NCBI RefSeq assembly: GCF_002113885.1
Contig: NW_018408909.1
Coordinates: forward strand, 130,922-194,921
Direction: 5' to 3'
DNA length: 64,000 nt
Origin: Mizuhopecten yessoensis
Lineage: Eukaryota
Positions 1-11,997 of this stretch are shown here, piece after piece. The notes under the pieces were generated by a model. It worked only from the letters and a program-made list of their open reading frames with translations, did not search any database and was not told the origin of the DNA. A program made the position numbers and the translations under genes. Position 1 is the first letter of the stretch. Each line of letters starts with the position of its first letter.

Positions 1-649
1 CATTGTAAACCCGAAATGCCCTTCCGTCTATGACAATTGCGTACACGAGACGTTCCCCAGTACCTAGCATTTGACATTCATGTAAAATCATACTGGGATT
101 GACCGTGTTCTTGATTTGAAATATACTGGATGATTAAAAAACATGTAAATATGTCCTATTTAGCCCACTGCTTTGATATGACCCGCATGTATTGTGTGTG
201 TATAGATATTTCTGGGATAATTAGCCGTGGTGGCCGCGTGTCTAGTAGGACCAGTTAATGTCTTCTCTGATGTTACGTTTTATACCAGCATGTTAATATC
301 ATTTCAGCTAATGGACCGATGAATGGAGCCCAATGTCAAAACAACAGTTACAAATAGGTTATCATAGTTCCTACAGTGTATATCAGAAAATGTGTATCAT
401 GTAAAAACAATCCGAAATCATCCGTTAACAATGTTTCATCTTAAATCATGACTTATCATGCAATTAAATAGCCTAATACAAAGTGTTATAAGCTAGTAAC
501 AATTGTATCCATGTAACAATGGGTTATAATCTCTTAGTAATCGGTTATTCAAAAACCAAAAATGAGTCATCCACAAACATAAATAATGGGTTATCAAAAT
601 TATAATACAATGATGGTATATCGTGAAAACATAAAGGGTAAACATGAAC

Positions 650-2010
650 AATATTAGGTAATCATCAAGCACATTGGATTATCCTTAAATAATGAATAAT
701 CATCAAACAACAATGGATTATCATCAAACAACAATGGGTTATCATTAGACACACTGGGTAATCATCAAACACATTGGGTTATCATCAAACACATTGGGTT
801 ATCCTTAATAATGAATAATCATCAACACATTGGGTTATTCTTAATAATGAATAATCATCAAACACATTGGGTTATCCTTAATAATGAATTATCATCAAAC
901 AACAATGGGTTATCATCAAACAGCAATGGGTTATAATCAAAGTATCGATTAACATCAAACAACAATGGATTATCAGCAAACAACAATGGGTTATAATCAA
1001 ACAATCGATTATCATCAAACAACAATGGATTTTTATCAAACAACAATGGGTTATCATCAAACACACTGGGTAATCATCAAACACATTGGGTTATCCTTAA
1101 TAATAAATAATCATCAAACAACAATGGGTTATCATCAAACAGCAATGGGTTATAATCAAACAATCGATTATCATCAAACAGCAATGGATTATCAGCAAAC
1201 AACAATGGATTATCATCAAACAACAATGGGTTATCGTCAAACAACAATTGGTTATAATCAAACAATCGATTATCATCAAACAACAATGGATTATCATCAA
1301 ACAACAATGGATTATCATAAAACAACAATGGGTTATCATCAAACACACTGGGTAATCATCAAACACATTGGGTTATCCTTAATAATAAATTATCATCAAA
1401 CAACAATGGGTTATCATCAAACACACTGGGTAATCATCAAACACATTGGGTTATCCTTAATAATAAATTATCATCAAACAACAATGGGTTATCATCAAAC
1501 AGCAGTGGGTTATAATCAAACAATCGATTATCATCAAACAACAATGGATTATCGTCAAACAACAATGGATTATCATAAAACAACAATGGGTTATAATCAA
1601 ACAATCGATTATCATCAAACAACAATGGATTATCAGCAAACAACAATGGATTATCAGCATACAACAATGGTTTATCATCAAACAATGGGTTATCATCAAA
1701 CAACAATGGTCTATCATCAATCAACAATGGCCGATCATCAAACAATGAGTTATCATCAAACAATGAGTTATCATCAAACAACATGAAAATATCAGGAAAC
1801 AACAAGGGGTTATCTTCAAACAACAATGAGTTATCATCAAACAACCATGGGTTATCATCAAACATCAATGGATTATCAAACAACAATGAGCTATCATCAA
1901 ACAACAATGGGTTATCATCAAACAAAAAGGGTTAACATCAAACAACAATGGGTTATTATCCGACCATAATGGGTAATTATAAAATATCGATGGGTTATCA
2001 TCAAACAATG
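650..2010. repeat. Minisatellite, ~21-bp unit (TTATCATCAAACAACAATGGR) with 18-bp and longer variants
   Basis: Directly visible tandem units with diffuse edges; explains the repetitive ORFs on both strands at 858-1925. Confidence 0.95.
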
Positions 2011-2224
2011 TTTAATAACAGTGCAAAATTAATGGATTTTCGTCAAACTTATATTTTGTATTGTAATGATTTAAGAAAAACTACACTTTGCTCTTGTATG
2101 ATAACCTATAGAATTGTTCAATAATAACCTGTATCACGCTACTCAATTGTTGAGCATCAACCAATAAACAAAATTAAGAATAAATCATTAAACAACTATT
2201 TTTCCAGCAATAAAACAGGTTCTC

Positions 2225-3137
2225 AACCAACGAAAACATACATCAATAGCATACAACAAAACATAAACCAACGAAAACTGGTACATCCATAGCATACAAC
2301 ATAACATAAACCAACGATACCAGGTACATCAATAACATACAACATAACATAAACCAACGACACCAGGTACATCAATAGTATACAACATTACATAAACCAA
2401 CGATAACAGGTACATCAATTACATACAACATAACATAAACCAACGATAACAGGTACATCCAAAACATACAACATAACGTAAACCACGATAACATGTCGTC
2501 AATAATACACAGCATAACATAAACCAACGATAACATGTACATCAATAACATACAACAAAACATAAATCAACGATAACAGGTACATAAATAACATACAACA
2601 TAACATAAACCAACGATACCAGGTACATCAATAACATACAACATTATATAAACCAACGATAACAGGAACACCAATAGCATACAACAAAACATAAACCAAC
2701 GATAACAGGTTCATCAATAACATACAACATAACATAAACCAACGATACCAGGTACATCAATAACATACAACATTATATAAACCAACGATAACAGGAACAC
2801 CAATAGCATACAACAAAACATAAACCAACGATAACAGGTTCATCAATAACATACAACATAACATAAACCAACGATAACAGGAACACCAATAGCATAAAAC
2901 AAAAAATAAACCAACGATAACAGGTACATCAATAATACACAGCATAACATAAACCAACGATAACATGTACATCAATAACATACAACATAACATAAACCAA
3001 CGATAACCTTTACATCTATAGCAAAACAAAACATAACATAAACCAATTATAACAGGTACATCAACATCATGCAACATAATATTAATCAACGATGATAGGT
3101 TCATCAATAACATACAACACAAAATAAACCAACGAAA
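2225..3137. repeat. Minisatellite, 43-bp unit (AACCAACGATAACAGGTACATCAATAACATACAACATAACATA), ~21 copies
   Basis: CCAACG recurs at 2311, 2354, 2397 (43-bp period). Confidence 0.95.
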
Positions 3138-3403
3138 GCAACAATGGTTTAGAACAAAAGCACCGGAATTTCAAAGCAATGGGTTATCATAATAAGTAAA
3201 TGAATTGGAAAAAAAATCGAAAACAATAATTAATCATCAAAAAGCAATGGATTTGTATCCGCAAGCAATGCGTTATCCTTCAAATCAGCGGTTTATCATT
3301 AAAAAACAACAAGGAGTTCTTACGAGAAGTCTAGTTATCCCCCAAAACAATATACACTCGAAGAAGGATAACTCTACTTCAGTATTAGTATCCCCCTGTA
3401 ATA

Positions 3404-3893
3404 CGTCCCTGTAGGTAGGGCGTAAGAATGATCGTAAGAGGCGACTAAATTTGGGATCTTATCTTTTCTCTTCTTTCTAAACAACTTTCTTCTTCCTAAT
3501 GTCTCCCTTAACAATGTCTCACGTTTGGCCTTTAGTTGAGCGTTCGCCCCTGTGAGGAAGGATTGGGGTTCTGTCCCCTGGCCGAGACATGCCAGAGTCT
3601 GTATAACGCTCAGCAATTTAGGAGTGGGACGACTGGTTTGCCCGTTGTCAGTATTATGTGACCGGGTGGGGTGTCCTGCTGGGAGTCTTCGGCAGTAAGT
3701 TTCAGTGAGGTAGCACTATAATGTCGGCATCAGTTCCGCGCTATCACAAGGAGACAAACACGAACATATCGCAGCCTCCCAAAACACACACGCATACACT
3801 ACACGCATGCATCTTGTACACAGGGGTGGCCTTCCTTAAATGACCATAGCTGTTGATAGGACGTTAAACAATACTAAACCAAACTAAACCAAA
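3404..3893 (+). mobile_element. Composite tRNA-derived SINE (Meta/Deu-domain-like mollusc SINE)
   Basis: Internal tRNA-like head with A/B-box-like motifs (TGGCCTTTAGTTGAG ~3526; GGTTCTGTCCC ~3567); motifs GTAAGAGGCGACTAAA and TTTCAGTGAGGTAGCACTATAA that I recall from mollusc SINE central domains; GACGTTAAAC plus (AAACC)n tail; candidate TSD CCCCTGTAATA 3393-3403 / CCCCAGTAATA 3894-3904. Confidence 0.75.
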
Positions 3894-5892
3894 CCCCAGT
3901 AATAGAACATGCTGTGATAATTTTCGATTATATCTTCTGGGCCTAAATAATATTAAGCGACCGTATTTCGCTTCTGATGTATCTAACAAACTCATTACTG
4001 TAGACACGGTGGTCCACGGCTGTGGGTTACTCTTCTTTCAATGGTCACGGCGGGGAATTTGTCCTTTACGTTATAGATAAAATATTTTTAACATTATACA
4101 ACTAAAACAGATTTCAACACATATACTTTACATTGCAAATGCATGTTTCAAGTAGAGATATTTTCCCACTAACTGCTCTGCTACACCATCTATACAAAAA
4201 AAGTATATAAGTAATAAAAAATGTTTATAATTTTATTTTTGAAAAGTTTTCAGCATTACAAAATATCTTACAATAGTAAATTTCACACTCACATGTTCAT
4301 TCTTGCAACTTGATATCTTGCGTCGGTCACATTGACTTTATATGCATTTCCAATTTCCCATACATAATTGTTTAAATGTCTAATTTGTTTTTTCAATTAA
4401 ATGCAATGATTTTCATATAAGTATTAAAATAGTTAAAACAGGGATAGTTCCACTACTTAAAATACGTGTATACATTGTATACCAACGTACCAATGTATAG
4501 TCAGTCACAGATAGGGAATCTTAACATGGTTATGGGAAATTAGATATTTGGCTTGTTTGTAGATTCTAGACTAAAGTTTTTAGCCAAGTTTCATGAAAAT
4601 TCACAGAAATATTTGTGACCTCAATCTTTCGAAACCATTTGAAGAATAAGGTCGTCATATTTTAAGTTCAGTGTCAAATCTATAGCATTGTAGATTGCTT
4701 TTTTTTAGATTGTTTATGCATTACCAACTAAAGTTTTCAACCAAATTTCATGAAACTTCAAAGTAATTACTGATATCTATCTCTCGGGACCGTTTGATGG
4801 CCAAGGTCATGTGTCTAAGGTTAGCAAAGGTCACAGCATCAGAATCTTTGTCATCGCCTGCACTGCTTGTTTTCCATTACTATCACACTATCACTTTGTG
4901 ACTCCACAATCATGTCAGCGGGTGTTATGTGCCGTTTGTAGAGTTAGGACCACACTCGGCTTATCTGGTTCTGCTGTACTTACCTGTACGACAATTATCA
5001 GTGATAATTGTATGGGGCCAAAACACAATGTTACATGACATGCTAGTTTTTGCTACTTATCACCATTTATCCGGATCACTATCAGGGGTGTAACGAGCCC
5101 TTGGTCGGAGTGGATTCATTAAGGAGCGGGGTCCATACAGGGCTTTGGTAGGGGACAATTAATGGCCACGCGCCTGTATCTGGTACACATACACACATAC
5201 ATACATCGCTGTCGATTTCACCTGTAGTGCAAAGGTCAAAGGACATGACAGGTCAGCGCAGAAGGAATGACGATATGTATATATAAAGGTTGCTTCGGGC
5301 TAAATACACTGTAAGGCCCTTTACATATATGTATCAGTGCAGAACAATATAGCCGACGGCGATATGTGCACAAGCCTGTGGATGCAATATAGCTGTAACT
5401 CCTCCTGTCTTGTCGATTGTTTTAACATCGCCTCTTCACTATACATTGATTGGAATGGAATTCAGAACACATATGAGTACTGACTGGTAGCCTGATCACA
5501 CGAGTGTACGTACCAACGATTGATAGATACGATTTATCGAAAATGTCAGATGCAGTCTGATCGATCGTCTGCTATCTCCAGCCAAGCGATTCACCTGCCG
5601 CGAGCGTGATAGCGCCAACCCACTATTATCGTTATCACACCCAGTCGAGGCCGGTCTGGTGTAGACGACACTAAATTGTGTACTATCGGCCCACTAGACC
5701 GTGTTCACCATAGTAACGTGTGTTAGACTGTTCCACTTTTTAATCAGCTTGTGAACATATGTGGGGCTAAATATAGAAATCGATACAACACGCTGCACTG
5801 GCCTGGCAGACATTTTGTTTGTGATCGCGATAAATCGCACATGAACAACAGAGCTATGCACTAGGCATTAGTGAGGCAGATACAAGTTTACT

Positions 5893-7956
5893 ATGGACGC
5901 CAACACAACAACGATTGACACGGAAAGGTTCGAATATATGCAGGAGTATACACAGATATACGATTTTCCCGGGAAATCTAAAAGCACAGTATGGAAAGAC
6001 TTCGGGTTTTATAAATCACCCGATACTGGGTGTTTAGACAAAACCAGTGCTGTGTGTAAGATTTGCTGCGCTCTCGTGAAATACTGTGGCAATACAACAA
6101 ACCTTCACACACATCTCGCCAAACATCGACCTAAGCAGTATAGCAACGCCAGGGCTATCAAATACGATGAAGTGGTAATGTCTATCGACGAAGCAAGTTT
6201 TAATCGTGAAGGGAGTGCTGGGTCTTCTCGAAGTCCACCGAGCTCGGAGACCGTGACGGCGACTATCACGTGCGGATCCCCTCCGGCGACAACGTTCCCC
6301 ACAGTACAAACCATTTTGATGAACAGCAACCACGTCCAGTCACTCAACAATTCACTGGCACAGTACTTAATAGCAAATCTACTTCCGCCCAGCGTGGTGG
6401 ACAACACCGCCTTCCGGAACTTGATGAGAGTAGCGGACCAGGGCTATAACATGCCTCCTAGTCAATATTTCTCGGAATCGCTTATTCCGCAGTGCTACAA
6501 CGAAACAAAACAAAATATTCAGGGACTTCTTTCAAATACTGAGAATGTAACGATCTCTACTGATGTTTGGACATCGAACCACACAGAAACCGAATTCGTG
6601 ACGCTTGTGGTTCACATGATTGACTGTAACTGGGAACCCCACTCCTTCACATTGTTTACACTGGAAATGGATGATGACTCTGACCGGATGTCAACAACTT
6701 TACAAAGTAAGCTGCAGCACTGGAGAGTTCCAGCGGCGCCAGTTATGGTGTCCAACAGTGATGCCAGGATAAAATCAGCAACCGACATTCTTGGCGTTCG
6801 GAATATCTCCTGTCTTGGCAATGCCATAAGTATGGCAGCAAATGACGTTTTAACGTCGTCGGGAGTACCAAATACCATTGAACATTGTCGAAGCTTTGTT
6901 AAAGCATTAAATCGAAATGGACGAGACAAAACAAGATTCAGAAAAATGCAACCGGAAACAGATGACATTGAACTCGACAGTACCGGAAAATGGACAACCA
7001 CTTTTGACATGTTGCTGAAAATATGCAAGAAAAACGAAACAATACAGTCGATCAAACAGAGTGACGCGTTCACCACGGACACAAAATCACATGTCCCCAA
7101 TTCGGAGCAGATCGATAAAGTGAAAACGATCAAAAACGTTTTAAGACCGCTAAGAACGGCTGCCAAACTTCTTTCCGACCAAGGACCGTCGACCGCGTCC
7201 ATGATACTTCCGGTCCTACGCAAGCTTGAGTTGACTTTAGCTGTCAAGGATGAAGATCAAGATTATAGCACTCAATTGAAAAGGAGAGTACTAGATGTTC
7301 TCACGAGCTTATATCAAGATTCTAACGTTCGAGAATGCCTGTTGGTTAGTTCTATCCTTGATCCTAGATACAAGGATTTGAATTTCGTTGATTCAGCCGA
7401 ACGAAAACAAGGCAGAGCTGAGCTTGCTGACGAAGCCACAGTGTTGTTCAGGAAAAGCAAGGGTGAACACCACGTTGATCTAACAGTGTGTCACATTAAA
7501 CAGGAACCAGGGTCAGAAAACAGCTGTGTTGCTGCTTCAAATGGTTCCAGCGTTTCCATAGCGGCAAAGGATACTTCGTCTGCAAAACGTCCGCGCATCG
7601 AACAGGATGTTGGTGACGATGACGACTGGCTTGCAGATGTCGTTAGTGTCAAAACCGAGCCAAAAAAGAGTAAAACGACACTCGAGGAAACAGTACTGGC
7701 CGAAATCGACCGGTATGTGTCAACAGAACAGACGACAACCCTGCCATTGCAATGGTGGAAGAATCGCGAGGCAATGTACCCGATACTGTCCCGACTGGTG
7801 AAGAAATATATGTGTATAACGGCCACCAACGAACAGTATGACATGACAGTTAGTTCGGACCTTCAACAGAAAGCATGGTTCAATATGCGCGCCATGTTGC
7901 CACGCGACTCTGTGGACAAGATGGTATTCCTAAACAAAAACTTCTTTAAGTTCTAG
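5893..7956 (+). CDS. Zinc finger BED domain / hAT transposase-derived protein (ZBED1-like), 687 aa, intronless
   Basis: BED finger (VWKDF...CKIC...GNTTNLHTHLAKH), ISTDVWTS, LDPRYK and the C-terminal hATC dimerisation domain (PLQWWKNREAMYPILSRLVKKYMCITAT); uninterrupted ORF. Confidence 0.93.
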   Translation: MDANTTTIDTERFEYMQEYTQIYDFPGKSKSTVWKDFGFYKSPDTGCLDKTSAVCKICCALVKYCGNTTNLHTHLAKHRPKQYSNARAIKYDEVVMSIDEASFNREGSAGSSRSPPSSETVTATITCGSPPATTFPTVQTILMNSNHVQSLNNSLAQYLIANLLPPSVVDNTAFRNLMRVADQGYNMPPSQYFSESLIPQCYNETKQNIQGLLSNTENVTISTDVWTSNHTETEFVTLVVHMIDCNWEPHSFTLFTLEMDDDSDRMSTTLQSKLQHWRVPAAPVMVSNSDARIKSATDILGVRNISCLGNAISMAANDVLTSSGVPNTIEHCRSFVKALNRNGRDKTRFRKMQPETDDIELDSTGKWTTTFDMLLKICKKNETIQSIKQSDAFTTDTKSHVPNSEQIDKVKTIKNVLRPLRTAAKLLSDQGPSTASMILPVLRKLELTLAVKDEDQDYSTQLKRRVLDVLTSLYQDSNVRECLLVSSILDPRYKDLNFVDSAERKQGRAELADEATVLFRKSKGEHHVDLTVCHIKQEPGSENSCVAASNGSSVSIAAKDTSSAKRPRIEQDVGDDDDWLADVVSVKTEPKKSKTTLEETVLAEIDRYVSTEQTTTLPLQWWKNREAMYPILSRLVKKYMCITATNEQYDMTVSSDLQQKAWFNMRAMLPRDSVDKMVFLNKNFFKF

Positions 7957-8243
7957 AACAATTATCTGGAGCGGACGCGGTTTTCAACCACACTGGGAAG
8001 TTGTATCTTTACTGTGCGGCTTTTGAATTATTTGTCTTTTGGTAAATGTAAACACGATTTGTCAAAGTGTGAAAGGAAAAATAGCCACTCACTCCAGTAG
8101 ATATAGAGTGAAAGAGGAAAAACACGAGAGCCTCGTTTTGATGGTTACATGTCCTCGGAATGTACTGTAAGTTAGCAGTTGCAGTCGGATTGATTAAAAC
8201 AAATTATTAACTTTCTGTCAAAACCGAAGTGTTCAATAATCAT

Positions 8244-8249
8244 AATAAA
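8244..8249 (+). terminator. Candidate polyadenylation signal AATAAA for the ZBED-like gene
   Basis: First AATAAA I found after the stop, ~290 nt downstream; AT-rich background makes this weak. Confidence 0.3.
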
Positions 8250-8750
8250 TATGCAATGTTCTGTCACTTAAATAACCGTTTTAAGTCCAGCTGTGTTTGA
8301 TATGGTGACCCGTATAATTTATCATTGTTATCATTTATACCATTTTGCCAGTTTCTTACATGGTATATCGTTCTCGAGAAAATGATAAAGTAACTCGATT
8401 TTTTTTATTTTCATTTTTTCGAACTGAACCACATACGCAGCGACAAGATCCTATTTTATCGTCTTAAACCTAGATGTTATGTCAAATATTATCATAATTT
8501 GCTCAGTATTATGTAATTGATTTTATTTTACTTATGATGTAATTTCTCCTATCTGTCTTACTATACTCTAAATTATCTTACTGACTCTGATCTATGCCAA
8601 AAGAACTTGATATAATACTTGTTGTTTTATGCCTTACTAGCATGATTTCTCAACTACATGAACAGAACTAAGGCTCTAAACAATTAAATATATTATGTTG
8701 ATGGTGTCGTTCTCTAACACAATTAAAACTAGGTATGTTATGAAGCGACA

Positions 8751-8838
8751 TAGTCTCGTTCAACCAGACGCTTGATCACATTTAATTATCTGTTTGGCTT
8801 GGATGCGAAGACAACAAGAGTTTGGTTGAACGAGACTA
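8751..8838. mobile_element. 88-bp MITE with 24-bp TIRs and 9-bp TSD (AcademH-like)
   Basis: TIRs TAGTCTCGTTCAACCAGACGCTTG / CAAGAGTTTGGTTGAACGAGACTA; perfect TSD GAAGCGACA at 8742-8750 and 8839-8847. Confidence 0.88.
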
Positions 8839-9656
8839 GAAGCGACATGGCTATTTCTACCGTTATTCATGTTGCTCTTAGCTCTGCTTATATTCAGTGA
8901 CAATGTGCTATATATTTACTCCTGTATAGTTTTTAATACTTACATGTATAGGTTTTGGGGTACACATATTGGTTGTATAAGTCAGGCACTTTTATGTCTT
9001 ACCTTTATGCATTATATCAAACTTGGTTTTCATTTTTAAACCGTGTGTTCTTGCATTACTTTGGTTTAATTCAATGCATCATGTGTTCGCAAAAGTCAGA
9101 CATTTTGTTTGTTTCACGTTATATATTTGTTAGTATGTTTGAGAAGGAGCTGTTATCTTACTCTGTCCATTTTTGGCCAGGGAGTATGATCGAATTAGAT
9201 TGTCATGTTGTGGGACAACTACAATTTTACTTAGAGCGAATTGACTACTGCTGTTAACGATTTTTGTTATCTAAAATAAAAAGTTCAAGACGTGGATATC
9301 GTTGTGTTGTAAATCATTATACTTTAAATTCCGGGACCACGTCTGTTTATCGCGTTCAAAAATGGTTGGACCAGTACAGAGGTAATTGCCTGTGAAAAAT
9401 ATGGACAGACCTGGTGATCTGATGTAGGTTGTTGTCAAACACTTCCAATGCTTGCAGTAACAGTTAAAGGTTTGTGAGGGTTTATCTCTAAAGATAACAT
9501 ATAATAATAGATGAACTGGTTTGTCCGTAAAACAGGTCTCTTCCTGTTTCTCTATAAAACGGTTACATTGCATCGTAAACCAATACATTGAATCGAAATC
9601 TAATAAACTGTTTCATAATCCAATACATTGTATCAAAATCATATGTACAACATATG

Positions 9657-11070
9657 TAGGTTAGTGACGAGTCTGGTAATACTATAGATATAGGTTAGTG
9701 CCGAGTCTGGCAATACTGTAGATATATGTTAGTGTCGAGTCTAGTAATACTATAGATGTAGGTTAGTGCCGAGTCTGGTAATACTATAGAAATAGGTTAG
9801 TGTCGAGTCTGGTAATACTATAGATAAAGGTTAGTGTCGAGTCTGGTAATGCTATAGATATATATATTAGTGTCGAGTCTGGTAATACTATAGATAAAGG
9901 TTAGTGTCGAGTCTGTTAATGCTATAGATATAGATAAGTGTCGAGTCTGGTAATACTGTAGATAAAGGTTAGTGTCGAGTCTGGTAATACTGTAGATATA
10001 GGTAAGTGCCGAGTCTGGTAATACTATCGATATAGGTTATTGCCGGGTCTGGTAATACTATAGATATAGGTAAGCGTCGAGTCTGGTAATACTATAGATA
10101 TAGGTTAGTGCTGAGTCTGGTAATACTGTAGATATATGTTAGTGCCGAGTCTAGTAATACTATAGATATAGGTTAGTGCCGAGTCTGGTAATACTATAGA
10201 AATAGGTAAGTGTCAAGTCTGGTAATACTGTAGATAAAGATAAGTGTCGAGTCTGGTAATACTGTAGATATAGGCATGTGTCGAGCCTAGTAATGCTATA
10301 GATATAGATAAGTGTCGAGTCTGGTAATACTATAGATATAGGTTAGTGCCAGGTCTGGTAATACTGTAGATAAAAGTTAGTGTTGAGTCTGATAACACTG
10401 TAGATATAGGTTATTGCCGAGTCTGGTAATACTGTAGATATAGGTTAGTGCCAGGTCTGGTAATACTATAGATAAAGGTTAGTGCCGAGTCTGGTAATAC
10501 TGTAGATATAGGTTAGTGCCAGGTCTGGTAATACTGTAGATAAAAGATAGTGTTGAGTCTGATAACACTGTAGATATAGGTTATTGCCGAGTCTGGTAAT
10601 ACTGTAGATATAGGTTAGTGTCGAGTCTGGTAATACTATATATATAGGTTAGTGTCGAGTCTGGTAATACTGTAGATATGGGTTAGTGCCGAGTCTGGTA
10701 ATACTATAGATATAGGTTAGTGTCGATCCTGGTAATACTATAGATAAAGGTTTTTGCCGGGTCTGGTAATACTATAGATGTAGGTAAGTGTCGAGTCTGG
10801 TAATACTGTAGATAAAGATAAGTGTCGAGTCTGGTAATACTGTAGATATAGTTATGTGTCGAGCCTAGTAATGCTATATATATAGATTAGTGTCGAGTCT
10901 GGTAATACTATAGATATAGGTTAGTGCCAGGTCTGGTAATACTGTAGATAAAGGTTAGTGTTGAGTCTGATAACACTGTAGATATAGGTTAGTGCCGAGT
11001 CTGGTAATACTGTAGATATAGGTTAGTGCCAGGTCTGGTAATACTTTAGATAAAGGTTAGTGCCGAGTCT
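9657..11070. repeat. Minisatellite, 34-bp unit (TAGGTTAGTGCCGAGTCTGGTAATACTATAGATA), ~41 copies
   Basis: Directly visible; variant blocks recur at 170- and 578-bp offsets. Confidence 0.97.
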
Positions 11071-11784
11071 TGTTGTGCTGTAATAACCAAATCAAAGTGC
11101 TGAAATATGGTTCATATTCACTCTTTGTCAAAATAAAACACAGATTTGTAAATCATCAAATGGCAAATAAGATATTTAGGGAAACGTTGGAAATGGGTTT
11201 CAATTTGGGTACACTGACGTTATTCTCGGACCTTTAAATAAATCTTATTTCGTGGTATAATCATTTGCAATTAATATATAACACATCATTAGATTCACTT
11301 TTGACACGTGTTGTAACCCATCATTGCCTGATCTACAAAATTTAATATTATTATTGTCATCTAATGACCCACAGCTTTTGCAGGAAATAAGCCTCTTTAT
11401 TAAAAAGTCATTTCAACTGAGGAAGGCAGGCTTGCAGAATGCATAAGTATGTAGTTTTTGCTGTCCATTATACAGTATCAATGATTGTTTGATGTTTGCA
11501 GCTCGATCCTTGTAAATTGGATGTAAAATGCACTAAAGTTGATTGATTGATTGTATTAAAAGGGTAAAAATAAAACCCAAATCCCAATATGATTATATTA
11601 TGTATTGATTATTGTATTGTACGAGTTATCTCCCATTACCAGCGGCTATTTCCTTCGTTCAGTAGGACCGTTTCAGATACAAAAATTGTGGATATTTACT
11701 GAAATTAAACATACAAAAATAACTATTCTTTATCAAAGATATAATCTATTAAGTCAGGAAAATTTAAACAATATCATTATAAAT

Positions 11785-11954
11785 CCGGAAATTGCCGGAA
11801 TATACCGAAGGTATGAATGGAAAACAATATGGCGGGATGTTTTAGCAAAGCAAAGAGTGGAAAATGATTGTGCAAACCCAGACGACATTAGTTTACTAGA
11901 AATGTCGTGACAGTGATTTTACCAACAGTGCAAACGTGCCAAACCATTACCAAG
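11785..11954 (+). promoter_or_regulatory. Putative USP34 promoter/5' UTR: two ETS cores, YY1-like motif, hDRE-like site
   Basis: CCGGAA at 11785 and 11795; AATATGGCGG at 11826-11835; TGTCGTGACA at 11903-11912; directly upstream of the ATG at 11955; TSS not known. Confidence 0.5.
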
Positions 11955-11997
11955 ATGTGTGATATCTGTTCAGAATTGCTCTTTATGCTGGAAAGCT
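11955..11997 (+). CDS. USP34: USP34 exon 1
   Basis: MCDICSELLFMLES, then GTAAGT; resembles the USP34 start MCENCADL. Confidence 0.85.

Noticed and set aside
858-1925. Repetitive ORFs on both strands
   Set aside because: Explained by 21/18-bp repeat units; no domain or gene context
4540-4830. Two diverged ~165-bp repeats upstream of the ZBED-like gene as possible hAT ends
   Set aside because: They resemble decayed HINE internal repeats; no inverted partner downstream of the ORF
6034-7844. Antisense and alternative-frame ORFs within the ZBED-like gene
   Set aside because: Shadows of the real CDS
9657-11070. CRISPR-like appearance of the 34-bp (and 43- and 54-bp) arrays
   Set aside because: Units are head-to-tail with no unique spacers; eukaryotic context; no cas genes
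11605-11910. 101-aa ORF upstream of USP34 exon 1
   Set aside because: Non-ATG start, AT-rich, no recognisable homology; overlaps the probable promoter
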